DNA of 58,591 bases, counting the filler, from Platydemus manokwari (taxonomy: Eukaryota): assembly GCA_037951405.1 (NCBI GenBank). It is 5 parts of 5 records of this genome, joined end to end, with 100 filler letters (N's around TTAATTAATTAA, not from the genome) between each part and the next. Parts side by side here need not be neighbours in the genome. Positions count along the whole stretch, not along the records: positions 36,637 to 47,656 come from JBBMOY010971084.1; positions 47,757 to 58,591 come from JBBMOY010967751.1; 3 more parts are not named here. One strand, written 5' to 3'. Position 1 is the first letter of the stretch, and every line of letters starts with the position of its first letter. Position numbers and translations under genes: made by a program. The notes beneath the pieces were generated by a model. That model was not told where the DNA came from and ran no database searches. It was given only the letters and a program-made list of their open reading frames with translations. Positions 39,501 to 53,200 of the stretch are shown in pieces.

Positions 39501-42500
39501 ATCTAAGACAAGTATTACTTATTTTACCGATATGAGGTGCAATATTGATTATCCAGTACAATTATACGATAATAATGAACACACTAAGTGGTTTTATTGA
39601 TTTATAATTGTGACAATATCCTGGCATGACGACAATTATAAAACCAGTGTTGGGAACAGCTGCCGCACAACTCTGGTGAAAGAAGAGATTATTAAGAAAG
39701 ATCTGAAATGTTCATTGAGGAATTTGACGTGCCCAATTCATGATTAAATAATCCCTCTTCGACCAATATTGATATTAATAATTATTATTAATAATAAATA
39801 AAATTTACTCACATCAGTTATTCTGCTGTGTTTCTCAAAATTATTTATTTGACTTTTCTGTATTTTGTGCTCTTTTATATATTGATTTTCTGTTTACTTC
39901 TATTCCTGATTGGCTGTTTATCGTTTTTTCCTTTTCCTATTACAATCGTCATAATACCTTCATATGTTGTCATGGAGCACGTGTGTTGTCATGACTATAG
40001 TGTTTTATTTATTTTTATTTTATATTTGTATTGATTGTAAATATTTTATGTTTATTGCAATTTATTATTGTTATTATGCTCTTAAATTGATTATCAAAAC
40101 CTACTGCAAATCTCATAAACTCTTATTATTGAATATGTTGCAATTCCTGTGAGTAAAATCTCGGAAAAACTCATCTAAAATACATCACATATGATTGTCA
40201 TTACTGTGTGCTGTGCCATTAAAACATTTCATTTCTTTATGATGGATATTCATAAGATTGTGAGCAAAATTTAAAGAAACTAATAATAATTTAAAATAAA
40301 AATTTTAATTATAATTATAAAAATTTAACAATAAGTTTCAAAATAAAAAATAATATTTTGAAATTTCATTAAATTATTTAATATAAAGTAACTATTAAAT
40401 ATTTTTTATCCAAAACCTGATTAAGATTGATAACTGAGGCTCTCTGGAAAAGATTTTCAAAACAGGAATGTTAAAAATTTGTTTAAAAATTGTTCGATTT
40501 GTTGGCATTAAATAAAAGTTAAGAAATCTCAGAAAAGACTTCTTTTGCTGAAACCTCAATGTTAAGCGAAATAGCTACTACTTACAAGCATTCTTTAATT
40601 TCTAAAATCAATGATAATGTAACACCCGACTTAATCATGGTAATAATAAATCATGACCAGATGAAGCAAAAATTAACACCTGGAGATCGTGACTAGCAAA
40701 ATAGGTAATTATATTTAGTTCAAATAAATCAATTTCAATACCGAATCAATAACATTCCGAAACTGACAAACAGCAAGCATTCCTTATCGGCAAAATATTT
40801 GATCATAGTTGTCGCTTGCCTTTAAGAAACATTAAACATTCTTAGATTTCAATTAATAGTTTATCGGATCAATAATTCCTTTACGCCCGTTGCGATTCTT
40901 GTGTAGTATATCTGAAATAAAAGTATTAAAAACCAACACTTTTGTTATTTATTTTGCCGTAAATAAAATACATAGCGATCTCCAGCCATCGAGTTTTTAT
41001 ATATTTGGGATATATTGACACCGATTACAATATTAATGCAGTAGCACCGTAAAATGTTTTAAAATCAAGATAATTTGGACCACTATGTTAACCCGTGGCT
41101 TTATTCTCAATAGTAAAATATAATAACAGAGTACGGCTATTGATTGGCCATGGAAAAACACGCTGGGAGACGTTGTATTTCAGTCGCATAGATAAGTTAA
41201 GTAAAATAGGACTAGATCGTTAAACTGAATTTGGTTATTCAAAGTGAAATTTACCAGCTAGCATAATTCGATATTCTCATTCAATTTGGGCTACTACACA
41301 AATTGTTATTGGATAATTAGGTAATGCAGGTCTGCAATTTACTACTCTCAATTATGTGAAAAATATCAAAAATACTTTCTATATTCGCAATTTATAACAA
41401 ACTCCATATTGTTACAAGTATTGATTTCTCTTTGTAGTGTGGTCTCATGCTCTATTTCAGAGACATAAAAATTCCAACACGATGTGCGCAATTTTGTATT
41501 GATCACAAACAAATACTTAGCGATATTATCAATAAAATATTCCCCAATCATTTACCTTAATATTATATATTTAACTTAATAACTTTTCTCTTAAAAACTT
41601 CGCAATGAGTCGATTTCCAGAGAGCTAGACCTGTGTTTTCGATTTCCAAAATTTTATTGCAATTATGCTCTTATCTTATATTTGTTGTTGTGTAGTGTTT
41701 TGGAGGAATTATTTAGTTTGCTAGTCAAAGATTAATTTGATGCGATATCTGTTTTTCACTCAGTTTGTAATACATCGAATGTTAAATGTATCTCCTTATA
41801 CCAATAGTAAAAACTGTGATTGTACGATAAATCTGCAATACATCACAACAGATTACAAATCCCGAACTCTATCACTACGTACAATCAAAATCAGGCCAAA
41901 CAATCAATGATAAATCAACGCAAGGTGGAATCAGTAGCCGAAAGCTAAATGACGATACAGAAAACAACCAGAAAATCACTTACAAGTCACACATAATATA
42001 AATTATCTTTCAAAAAGACCTGCAGATTCTCGTAAAACCCAATATAGACTTATCGTGTGTGTTTGCTCGATATCTCAGAGGTTCGCTGTTCATTGCTTAG
42101 AGCCGTTCACATGTTGGTCTGTTAGTACACTTTCTTGGATGTCATACCATTGATGAATCTCGATGTATGTTGTTTGTTGGTATGAGCCAATTGATTATTG
42201 ATTTCTAAATATTGTTTGATTTTCTTGTCGAATCTCTGTGTATCGACCTTTAGAAGGTTATTTCCATGGTTCTCGTGAATAATTTATTTGTTTTTGTGAC
42301 CTTCCCAACATATCCATCATATTAAAATTGATATTTCTTCTAATTATTAATAAACTCATGAAATTCCTGACTTATCAAATAGCGAAATGGGATTTTACTT
42401 ATTCTTATTATCTAAAATTACATTAGCTCATCAATTGGTCCGAATATTAAAGTGTCATCAGTATTTTTCTATAATTTCCGTTGAAATTTGAAATACTTAT

Positions 42501-45500
42501 AAAATGATAATTTTTAGGAATATTTTAAAATTTTATTTTGTTTGATTTTTCATTTCAAACTACGAAGAAGTACTAAAACCAAAAATTGAAATTAAATTCA
42601 AATTAATAACTTTTGATAACTTATAGTTATTTTCTCAAAAATTAGAACTTTATTTTAGGACTAATTTTCTTAACTTTAGCCAAATATTTCAACAAACTTA
42701 TAAATATTTATTTTTTCGCATTACAAACTCTTAATTAGGTTTTAAGAAACTCAATTAAATCCAATTATGCCCTACTAGTCTAGTTAATGTCTATTAAGAT
42801 GACATTATGCACTAATTTATATTTATAGTTCATTACAAATATCTCTAATTTATATTCCAGGAAATTTATTTCTTATAATTTTGAATTTTGAACATCAATG
42901 GATATTTATTTCGACTAATTTAAACAAATTATATTCGATCAAGAAATATCAATGTCAATTATTTTTAATAATGAATCAGGAAAATATTTTTATCTGGTCC
43001 AATTAGATTTGTCGAATTTTAAAAATTACTATTAGATTCTTTGATGTAGGAAATTTCGTTTTTAAAATTTAACACAAATTTATACAAAAATCACGGAGTT
43101 TGACATCAAATTAAATTTCGAAAATAAAAAGATTTTACTCTAATTTATTAATATAAAAAGTATAATTTATGTTGTCGTTGAAGACAAAATAAATCAAAAT
43201 TTTATCTGATATCAAATAAAAGTTATATTTGGAATTTATAGAAATGTTCCTGAAAACCGTTAAATCCCTTCAAACACTAAGGTTTCATGAAAATGAATAT
43301 TTTATTCAACTAATATGATGGATGTGAAAACACTCCGAAATCATCCAAATCAGAACTTGTAATTGTTCTCAGAGTTTGGTAATTGAATCATTTATATTCC
43401 AACATCTAGTCCAATGAAAGTACGTGCTTATACGTTGTTTAATCATCAACATCGAATTAGATCTCCAAAACAGTGACGGATAATGACCATTTCGATCATG
43501 TCTAGTATAACTTACCATTTATCTGATAGAGTATTTTATATTTAAATATTGGTTTCATTTCAATATGTTTCTTTCAAGTCCAAAGATATTTCAATGTCTG
43601 AAAAAATGGAACTATCCATTTGGTTTAAGCATGCATGTAGATGGTTTGTGTGTTTACTTCTTAATGATAATCAATAAAAGAAGTTTTTGTTTCACAGACT
43701 TACTGGGAAATGAAGTCGTTTGTTGAATCAACGATCGTACTACTTACAATTCATTTTGCTATGAAAAACCCTAGAAAATACATTTGATATTTCAAATCCA
43801 ACTAATCCTATTGATGCCAGACATTTAATAAATAAAATACTCGAACAGATTCTCTTAGAAAATCGTCATAGGAAATAACGATTAAAAATGATTTAAAACA
43901 GAGCAACAGACCCAGATGGGTTATTGTCATTGAAGCTAGCTAATCTATAATCTCATTGAGGATATTAAAATGCTGATCAATTATCCAGAATTACTGAAAT
44001 TATTTACAAGTTTTCAAAAAATCCTATTAAGCACTGGGAATATTTTTAAAAACCAAGTTTTTCATAACTGTTCACGATATATAAATACTAATAGATTCAG
44101 TAAATGTATTATAAATGTAAATCTGCTATACAACCTCTCTTTCAAAAGTTTTATTTCTTTGAGCTTAGAAATCTTTGAATAAATCATTTATTTTTCCTTT
44201 CCTCTGATGGCCACTTTTTTGTATGAATTCTACTGGATTAGAATTTCATATTTAAAAATAGAAGAGCAGATAAGTTATGCTTTGACAGTTGATAGAAAAG
44301 ATAATTACCAGTGAAGGAAATTGAAATTATGTATTGAAATGAATGGATGCTGTAATGGAACATATAAGAGAAAAAGAACATCAAACCTATTTATAATTGG
44401 ACGACCAGTCATATAGATATTATATTTATTGTCAGTGGTAGCTAGCTCATTTTAAATTTGAGATTTGTTAGAAGTATTTATTTAGAAGATTTCCGAAAGT
44501 TTTTGAATTCAAAACAGAGAGCTTATTGCCAATCTTAATCTGGAATAAGTAATGAAATTATTTAAAAATTCACTTCACGTCAAATTTTTCAATAATTCAC
44601 TAAAATCTCTATTTGTCAAAATTTAAAATACTTTTATATAAATCATTTATTTTAAAATTATTTTCAAGTTTGTTCCTCTTAATTTTCTTCACATTAATGA
44701 AGAATAATTTCTATCATTTCATAAAAATTGGGTCCTAGATTATTATGTATATCATAGCTTATACAATTGCTATGTAATAGCTATAGATCATAATGGGATT
44801 GCAAAAACCACTTGAATAGAGAGTAGATAATGAAGCCATTTGATGAAATTAAAAGATGAAGAACTTAAAAAGTATCACTTTTGAATTTGGAATAGAAATT
44901 CGATGATAAAAAAAGTTACTACAAGCACCAAGGACCACATAAGGATTTTTCTTTGATAAAGAGCATGAAATAACACATAGATGTGAGGAGATCGATAAAT
45001 AGGGAGAAAATGGTGATCTTAGGAAATTGGAATTTAAGTATAATCTTATTATTAGTTTTTTCATTTTAATCCAATCATCTGCTAACGAATTTGCTGATCT
45101 TAAATTGTGGTTTACAAATGCACATTACCTTAGCAACCATAATACATCATTTTAAATAGGAACACTACGAAAAGTAATACTCACGAAATTTTCATAGATG
45201 AACTTAAGAGTTATAATTTTCTTTGATAAATGAATACTGTGCGTGTGTTATTCCTCGATCGCGATTTCATTGGTTCGATGAAACATTTGATATGCTCAAT
45301 GCCTTCCTCTGTTCAGTAAAATAGTAATTTTGGAAATGTACCGAACAGTAAAATCGATCTGTTAAACACAGAAAAAAAAGTAGTATCATAACAACCGGCA
45401 TTGCCCCGCAAAGCTATTTTCAAATGATGTTAGTGTGCACCTTTATTGATTAATATTATACATGTATACAAAGGTAGATTTTATTGGTCATTTCTTCTAG

Positions 45501-45804
45501 TTTTTTTTTCCTATAAATCATGAAGATGTTGGCACGTTGTTTTGATAAAAAATCTCCACTTCATTTTATCAATTAATTATATCTACAAGAAATCAAATTC
45601 AAATCATTTGAAGAGCCCACCAATGAAAAATAATTAATAAATTAGGTTAATAAAAAGTAATTGAGTAAAACAAATCAAATGAACCCAATGTTAAAAATGT
45701 TTCAAGGCAAAAATAAATAAATAAAATCAAAATCCTTGAACCTAAGCCAGATTAAGAATTTGTTTTCAGGCTATTTTATTGATTTTAATTTTAAAGAATT
45801 AAAA

Positions 45805-46176
45805 TGTAATATTCGAGGAATGTTTTCCTGAATATCGGTCTTATAATTAAGCATGGTAATAGAGATATTCGAGTATAGTATTTCCAAATATCAGGAGTGT
45901 AAGGATTGTTTTGTATTGAGCGTATGTAATTGTCGTTGCGCACGCTGGTAACTTTGTAGTTGTCAGACCAGGAGCTAACCCTCGGCAGGTAATTCCAGAA
46001 TTGTACACAGACAAGATCCGCTTTTATTAGACTTATATTTACGGGGTTGACCCATGTGTAATTTGTACAAAAGATTGTAAACAGTATTATAAATAACGCT
46101 TAGTTCTCAACATTTCTTTTGGAGTTTAATTAAATCCAAGTATTTGTTGTACTCTGTGCCAGGTAGACCCAGCACA
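45805..46176 (+). mobile_element. Probable solo LTR (~372 bp)
   Basis: Begins TGT, ends ACA, has an internal TATAAATA, near-duplicated flanks ttaaaa/ttaaat, higher GC than its surroundings, and a diverged copy at 34770-35000. Confidence 0.55.
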
Positions 46177-46823
46177 TTAAATATTTTATATGTTTTTAAA
46201 CCATTCCATAACTTGATGAGTTCACAAGAAATATCTGTCCCGAATTTTTTAATAAAAAAAATTTCGCACTTTTAATAAACACTAAGGATTAATTTTCCAC
46301 AATAAAACGAAAAAGTGAATATTTTATTATTATTATTTCAGTGGAACAGAGCTCATTCTTCTCTTATTCGAATAAATTTCCAATTGTATCTGGAATTATA
46401 TCCATCTATCATCTACCCAATTATTAACTAGAAGTTATTCATTCTTCATTTACTCGAATAATTACATCTGTCTCGATAATTGTGAATGATTCCTCATTCA
46501 ATTTGCCGAGATTTATTGTTACTGATGGAAAATCCTATTAAAGAAACAAATAGTTCATTTACTGAAGCTCATCAAACTTTCTTAGTAGAGATTAAATCTA
46601 GAATTGGAATATTACGAAATTCGCTTTGAATTTTCATTATCTAGAACCAAAAGTAGATTCTGATATGATTTCATTCTAATAAATAAAGCAATTTCTCTTT
46701 TATGAAAAATTGATACGCTGAAAATGGAATATATCGTTTCTTATTTAATCGATATTATTTTAAGTGAGAGGCGTTCATGACATCATAGCTTGTATTAATC
46801 GAAAATCTGGCTATATTTATAGA

Positions 46824-47072
46824 AAGGTCCTAAATCAAATTTTAAATTTGTTGAGTGTATTGCAAAATTCTATATAGCTTATTTAATTAAATTCTTTAAA
46901 AACATTTTGAATTTTTTATTTAAGTACTTAAAAAAGAATCTTAGTTGTTTGAAATCAAGTATTAAATAGACCAGAGCTTAAAAATCTCCTAAAATTTGAT
47001 TATTTGACAAACGGATCAAAGTAGGTCGAGTTGCAATTTATTGAAAATTAGCGAGGAACCTTGTTTTAACAT
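46824..47072 (+). repeat. Dispersed non-coding repeat, copy 2 (see 14033-14282)
   Basis: Colinear similarity with 14033-14282. Confidence 0.85.
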
Positions 47073-49230
47073 TAATAGCAAATTGAGAGATATTCTCAAT
47101 TTTTACAACTATTTTATAAAAATAACCAATGATATTATTAAACATGTCTGTATTTAACTAGCTCGATTTATAATTATAAAAATTAAAATTTAAAAACTCA
47201 AATAATCATATAGAAGTGTTGTGATTAGAATGGGCATTTGGTTTTAAAACTATATTTTGTCCATATTATGCATCTTTAAAAATGAGATATTAACTGAATT
47301 ATGCGAATAAATCAAACATAGCAGTTATATATAAAATTAAGTTACACAATTATCTTATGCGCGAAAATTTATTATAAGGAAAGTAGGTCAAAGGACCCTG
47401 TTTCTTAACTTAATAATATTTTACTGATAAACATTAAATTTATAAGGCTATTCTACAGAAGTGATTTCTTTTTATTGATCACCAAAGTAAATAGATTTCT
47501 TTATCTATGTAAATAATGAGTTTTAACATTGGAGATTATGAAATCTTGGAAATTAAATAATTTAAACAATCACACATATGTACCAGGTGTGTCGGTAATT
47601 CCTTTCCGGTTTTTGTAACAGATGTCACTGGCCATAAGAAAAATGGTTTGTTGATTNNNNNNNNNNNNNNNNNNNNNNNNNNNNNNNNNNNNNNNNNNNN
47701 TTAATTAATTAANNNNNNNNNNNNNNNNNNNNNNNNNNNNNNNNNNNNNNNNNNNNCTAATGATTTTAGTTAAATATTAACAGTTTAAATATGCAATGCA
47801 AAAACGGCCATTATTTTCCCAACAACCTAATAACATGGAATCAGATGTTCTGAAAATTCATAAATATTTCTTACATATCGTTGTTCTAAGCAAAAAGCTT
47901 TTATGTATGATCAGCTGACATTTCAACAGTTTTATGTTAACCGAAGCAGAATTTATCGAATTATCATCTGTCCTATATTAAGGTCAGGATTTTATGGTCA
48001 ACAACTGTTTGAATGCAACGACAAGTCGATGTATAATCAGGAAACTTTCTCAAGAAACACATTTAGAAACGTGTATATAATTATTTATTGCAATTGAACT
48101 GTTTATAAGATAGACATTTTTTAAAATACCCTGTGCTTTGAATACGATAAATCTCATTTGGCTAAATTCAATTTTTATCTCTGGTCATTAATCCACTTTT
48201 TGTACTTCCTATATAGCATACCGTGAAATGTAATTTATATTCTCAGCAAAATTATTACCAATAAGCAGGTAAATTTTGACTCCATTTTTTTACTTTAAAT
48301 TTTGCTTTATATCTGTTTGTAATAAATGGGTTTGAGAATGGAGAAAGCTGGATTTTTAATCATTTAAGGAATGTTTTAATTACTTCTACAATGTTGTCAA
48401 GCTTTATTCGTTATATTCAAACAGTATTATATTTAACGCATCATTTAATTCATCTCGTTTTCAAAGTTGTACAAATCTAAATTACTAGCCATGAATTATT
48501 CGTTGAAGACCTTTAACATAGAGGAGAGTAGGCCTCTAAAATTTATATTAATATTTAAAAAATCGTAAAAAATAGTCTTGAAGATTTTTAAACACAGACA
48601 AGGTAAGAAGTTCCTGAATTACAACAAGGAAAGAAACAAATGATTAGCTAATAAATATAGTTCTAAATAGGACATGTTGTTTGGGATTTTGGACTACTTC
48701 ACTGGCACAACTATACCAACTATGATTTCTTGTTACACATTTAAATTAATCCTGAGCCGAAAATGTTGAATGATAAGCTATTTAAGTTTTATCAATCATT
48801 ATAAATTCCAGGTATGTATGATAGTCTATTAGGAAACAATGAATACATTAACTTTATATGGAATCTTTAATTCTTTAAGAAATTCATTATTTAAGTATAT
48901 AGAAAACCCATTATCTGATGGTTTATTAAATTCCTAAATTAATAATCTAAGTTTTGTAGTCATGAAATCTCGTTACTTTACCGTTTACACGTAATTAGTT
49001 ATAAATTGAGGATTTTAACGAATTCTAATTACTTGATTCAGATTTGATTTTAAACGTATAACCACATTTCAACGATTTCAATAAAACAATCTGGAATAAA
49101 AAAAATAATAAATTATAAAACAAAAATGAAAATATTTAAAGAATTCAGAGTCTATCTAAATAAGAATTGAATCTATATACTATTTAAAACACTTAATACA
49201 CATGATTAAGAAATATCCAGAATTTAAAAA

Positions 49231-50226
49231 TCAATTGGAATAGTTGTGTTGTATCAATGATCTGCAAGGCATCGAAACGGTCACATTACTAGTCAATGAT
49301 CTCCTCATAATCACACGTTCGTTCTCCATGCATGGTAATATGACATGGATAAATATTCTGCGAAATTTTTGTCCAAGAGCGCAGTAAATTATGAAATTAA
49401 CTGCTGAATTTAAGGTAACCAAAAAATTGCGAATTTCCGACACAATTTCCCATGATATATCATTCTCCTGTTCAATGCCAAATTTAATGTTATAAATAAG
49501 AGCAGGTAATTGACACAGTATAAATATCGAAACGACAACGATGATCATTTTTGTAATATTGTTATCAGATTGAATTCTTCGTGATTTAGAATTCAACAGA
49601 CTTTTATTAGTATCATTTAGAATGCATTGTCGAGAATTTTTTAACTCTCTTATAAGCATATAGTTCATACTAGATAGAACAGCTAGTGGAATGAGAAACA
49701 TTATTACAATATATGCATACGAATAATAGAACTTATAAAACAAAACATAAGAGTCGGTTTTGTTGACAATAGAATTGCTGTGGGAATTATTCAAATTCAT
49801 TGGGATCTCCTCAAACCATCTGGGGATGTTGTAGAAAATGGAAAATCCCGATATTATTAAAACACACCATAATGATTTTTTCATACTTATGAAATACTGT
49901 GCTTGCAGAGGAAAACACACAGCAATATATCTTTCACAAGTTAATCCAACGGTAATCCATATTGTTGCGGTTTGCGCAACAAGAGCTGGTGGATAGAAAA
50001 TCTTGAAGAAAATGGATTTAAAGTTACCAAAATTCATCAAAGGACCGAGAAATAGTGCACAAATCAATAGGAATGTGTCCCATAACGTGAGAGAGAGGAG
50101 ATAAATCGAAACTGATGATCTCATTATTTTTTTGTTTAGAACAATAACCGACAGCGAGTTTCCAATTACTCCGAATATTATAACCAAAATAGTCATAATC
50201 TGTGCACCTCCAAATAGAATACTCAT
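49231..50226 (-). CDS. Rhodopsin-family peptide GPCR, FMRFamide-receptor-like (331-aa exon; N-terminus may be on an upstream exon)
   Basis: Seven hydrophobic segments with GNSLSVIVL, YLLSLTLWD, AQTATIW..LTCERYIAVCFPL, YNIPRWFE, FILCQLPA and NSAVNFIIYC.LGQKFR. An acceptor (tatttag|G) immediately precedes the ATG. Confidence 0.93.
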   Translation of the reverse strand: MSILFGGAQIMTILVIIFGVIGNSLSVIVLNKKIMRSSVSIYLLSLTLWDTFLLICALFLGPLMNFGNFKSIFFKIFYPPALVAQTATIWITVGLTCERYIAVCFPLQAQYFISMKKSLWCVLIISGFSIFYNIPRWFEEIPMNLNNSHSNSIVNKTDSYVLFYKFYYSYAYIVIMFLIPLAVLSSMNYMLIRELKNSRQCILNDTNKSLLNSKSRRIQSDNNITKMIIVVVSIFILCQLPALIYNIKFGIEQENDISWEIVSEIRNFLVTLNSAVNFIIYCALGQKFRRIFIHVILPCMENERVIMRRSLTSNVTVSMPCRSLIQHNYSN

Positions 50227-53200
50227 CCTAAATATTAAGATTTATTATTTCATTTTGTTATAATATAATATCAAATCAAAACAATTTTAAAATATAAAAC
50301 AGTTATAAAGGATTAATTAATATTTTAAGATAGAAATTTTGGACAGCTCTATTTTATAAAACAAGCATCGAAAATGTACCCAATTATGTATGAAATACGT
50401 TAATATAAACAAATTTATACATAAAATTTGAATTAAATCTTTAAAAAATTTTATTTAATTAAAAATTTTCACATCCACTTTTTTAAAAATCTTTGATTTA
50501 CTTATATTCTTAACTGACATTGCATCAAATACTCTACATTTTATCAACATGAATATCTCTATCTCTTCTATCTTTTTTACATTTTCTTTATACATTCTCC
50601 ACATAGTCTCAACACCTTCCTCTTTTATCCCACGATTTCCAGTCATAGATCAACTCGGAATCGAATTCAAATGTTCAATCGCCATGTAAACCGCTACTAT
50701 TTTATAAACCACACATTAAAAACAAACTAATTATATAAACAAATATTTTATCACAAATATTTTTGTGAGTTAAATAACGACGGATAAATACTGAGAATTA
50801 AAAAGTTATTACAAAATGCTTTTAATATCGACAAGTGATGAATGATAAAGAGGGATTTGAAAGATTGATTTAAAATCATATGTGATACGGGTGAGTAAAT
50901 ACAAATAAAAAACTGATTCATTTCGGATTATCTCCTGCACTTGTCACTGAAGCCATCAGCAATCTTGATATCATTTCCAATAATTCTCAAGAGAATTACA
51001 AAAATAAAAAATTTTCGATTTCCAATATATTTTAAATTTTCTCTTCAATTTTACAAATCTGGCTCATTTTAACATTAATGTGTTAATTTAGAGGAAAATC
51101 TCAGTGATTTTGTGATTTATTTTTCTGTACTTGATATTTAGGATCACAGCCAATATTTACTTGTTAAAAAGATTCTGCAAATTTAAAAGAATCTGTTCTT
51201 AATCACTTATCAAATATATTCGTAACCTTGAGCTAAATCACATTATGCTACATCTATAAATGCGTTTATGTTAAAGATTGTTTTTTAAAAAGATTTAGAG
51301 AAATATCCATCTATCAGTTTAATAGATCGAAAGAAGAGATTTTTCAACAGCTTTAAATTTGAATTTTATTCAAAGCATTAAAAATAAAATAACCTTAACC
51401 ATTCATTTCAAGAGATTGCTAATGACTTGAACCCGTCTATTTGAAAAACGATTAGTAGTTATAGAAGTATAAATATAGCCATGGAATGAAGACACACGAA
51501 TATATTAATTATTAATTCGGTTTTTATAAGGTATGATGAGTACGCTTGAAATAATCCGACAGTTTTACTGAATAAACCGACGAGATGTGTGCCGATCATA
51601 TTAATCATTCATCCACAATAAATCTAATTGGAATGATTTAGCTAATGGAAATAAATATAAAAGCTTTTTCTATTATTTAATTTATTCTTTTCTTATTTTT
51701 AAATGTTTCACCACTTGATGATTTGATGTGGGATTTATGAGAATACTTTTTAATCTTATAATGACTTATTAATTAATTATCAATTAGAAGTTCTTCTAAT
51801 TTCTGATTATTAACAATGAATGAAAATTTTAAATCGTCAATCATAATTTTATATTATAATTTTAATATAATCAAAGATAACAAATTTAGTAAGATATTAT
51901 AATCAAATAAATTGGATGACCCAGATTTAGAATCCAGTGTTTGTTCTTAAATTAATCCAATAATTGGTGAATTAGAATCGACACCAGCCAAATTTATTGA
52001 AATTATTATCCTAAACCAATCACTGAGAAACAAGTAGTGTAATTAAATACATTGTCACATTTCTAACTTGAATCTCAACAATCTTTGTTTCGAAATAAAT
52101 TAATAATAATTTCATACAAAATTCTTTACGTGTTTTAAGTTCTGATGTCGCACGACAACCATTATTACAACAGTTATGAGTGTTTTAAAAATTGAATATT
52201 AATTTTTGCGATCTAACACATACGATTGTGAATAAAAATGAAATTCTTTTAGCAAGTTGACATGCTTTAAATAATATCCAGTTTGCTCATGTTCATTGGG
52301 CACGGAGACCATTTATCTTTATTTCTAATGATTCTAATTGCTTATCGCCAGTACTGTGAATTATTGTGGAAAAAATTATTTTAAAATATATTGTAGATTC
52401 TTCGATTTATTAATAAACTGTCGCGTATATATATATATATATATTTCATATTTAAAAATAAAGAGTTTACCAATTTATTAGGATATGGCTCTTCTATAGT
52501 ATTGCATTATTCTTAGGGAAAGCATTCTGCAAATTTCTCAAAAAAATTCTAATAAAAATCTCTATTAAAATTATCTTTTTCTTCGGATATAATATATTAA
52601 ATATATAATATGTTAAATGGGGGATTATTTTGAAGGCTATTAAATAGATTTGAAGGAATAAATGAAAAAATTTAATTTTATTAATAAATTCCCGGTTACA
52701 TTTTATCACAGTAGTATGCATTTACATAATTCTTAATAAAGAAGGCCTCGAATGGTTTGGGAGTGTATTTCCCCAGCTTATTCGCTCATCACTAAGCACA
52801 AGCTTAAACTAGCAATAATCGATTTTTAGTTGTGGATAATAATTTTTATAAATTATTATTAAGCAATTTTATTTTTAGTTTGATAAAAAAGAATTTATTA
52901 ATGAAAAAGAGAAAAGAAATTAAGAATATATTCAATTTGAATTATTGATATGTACTAGACAGAAGGGATAATGAACTGAAACAATAAATTTACAAATAAT
53001 TAACAGAATTTTGGTGGCTTAAATTTTGTGGGATATTTTTATAAACAATATTCGAATATTTTTAATAAATGAACAGCAGATTTTAGTATAATGTTTATAA
53101 TTTGTTCCATGTTTTCTGTCTATAATCCGCTTGATTATCCTTAGAAGCGATATCTCTTAAATGTAATGAAGGACAAGTGTTCAAATAACATTCCAAGAGA

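Noticed and set aside
42100-42480. Penelope/LINE RT motif (KNTDDTLIF) on the minus strand
   Set aside because: A single degenerate motif without supporting neighbours.
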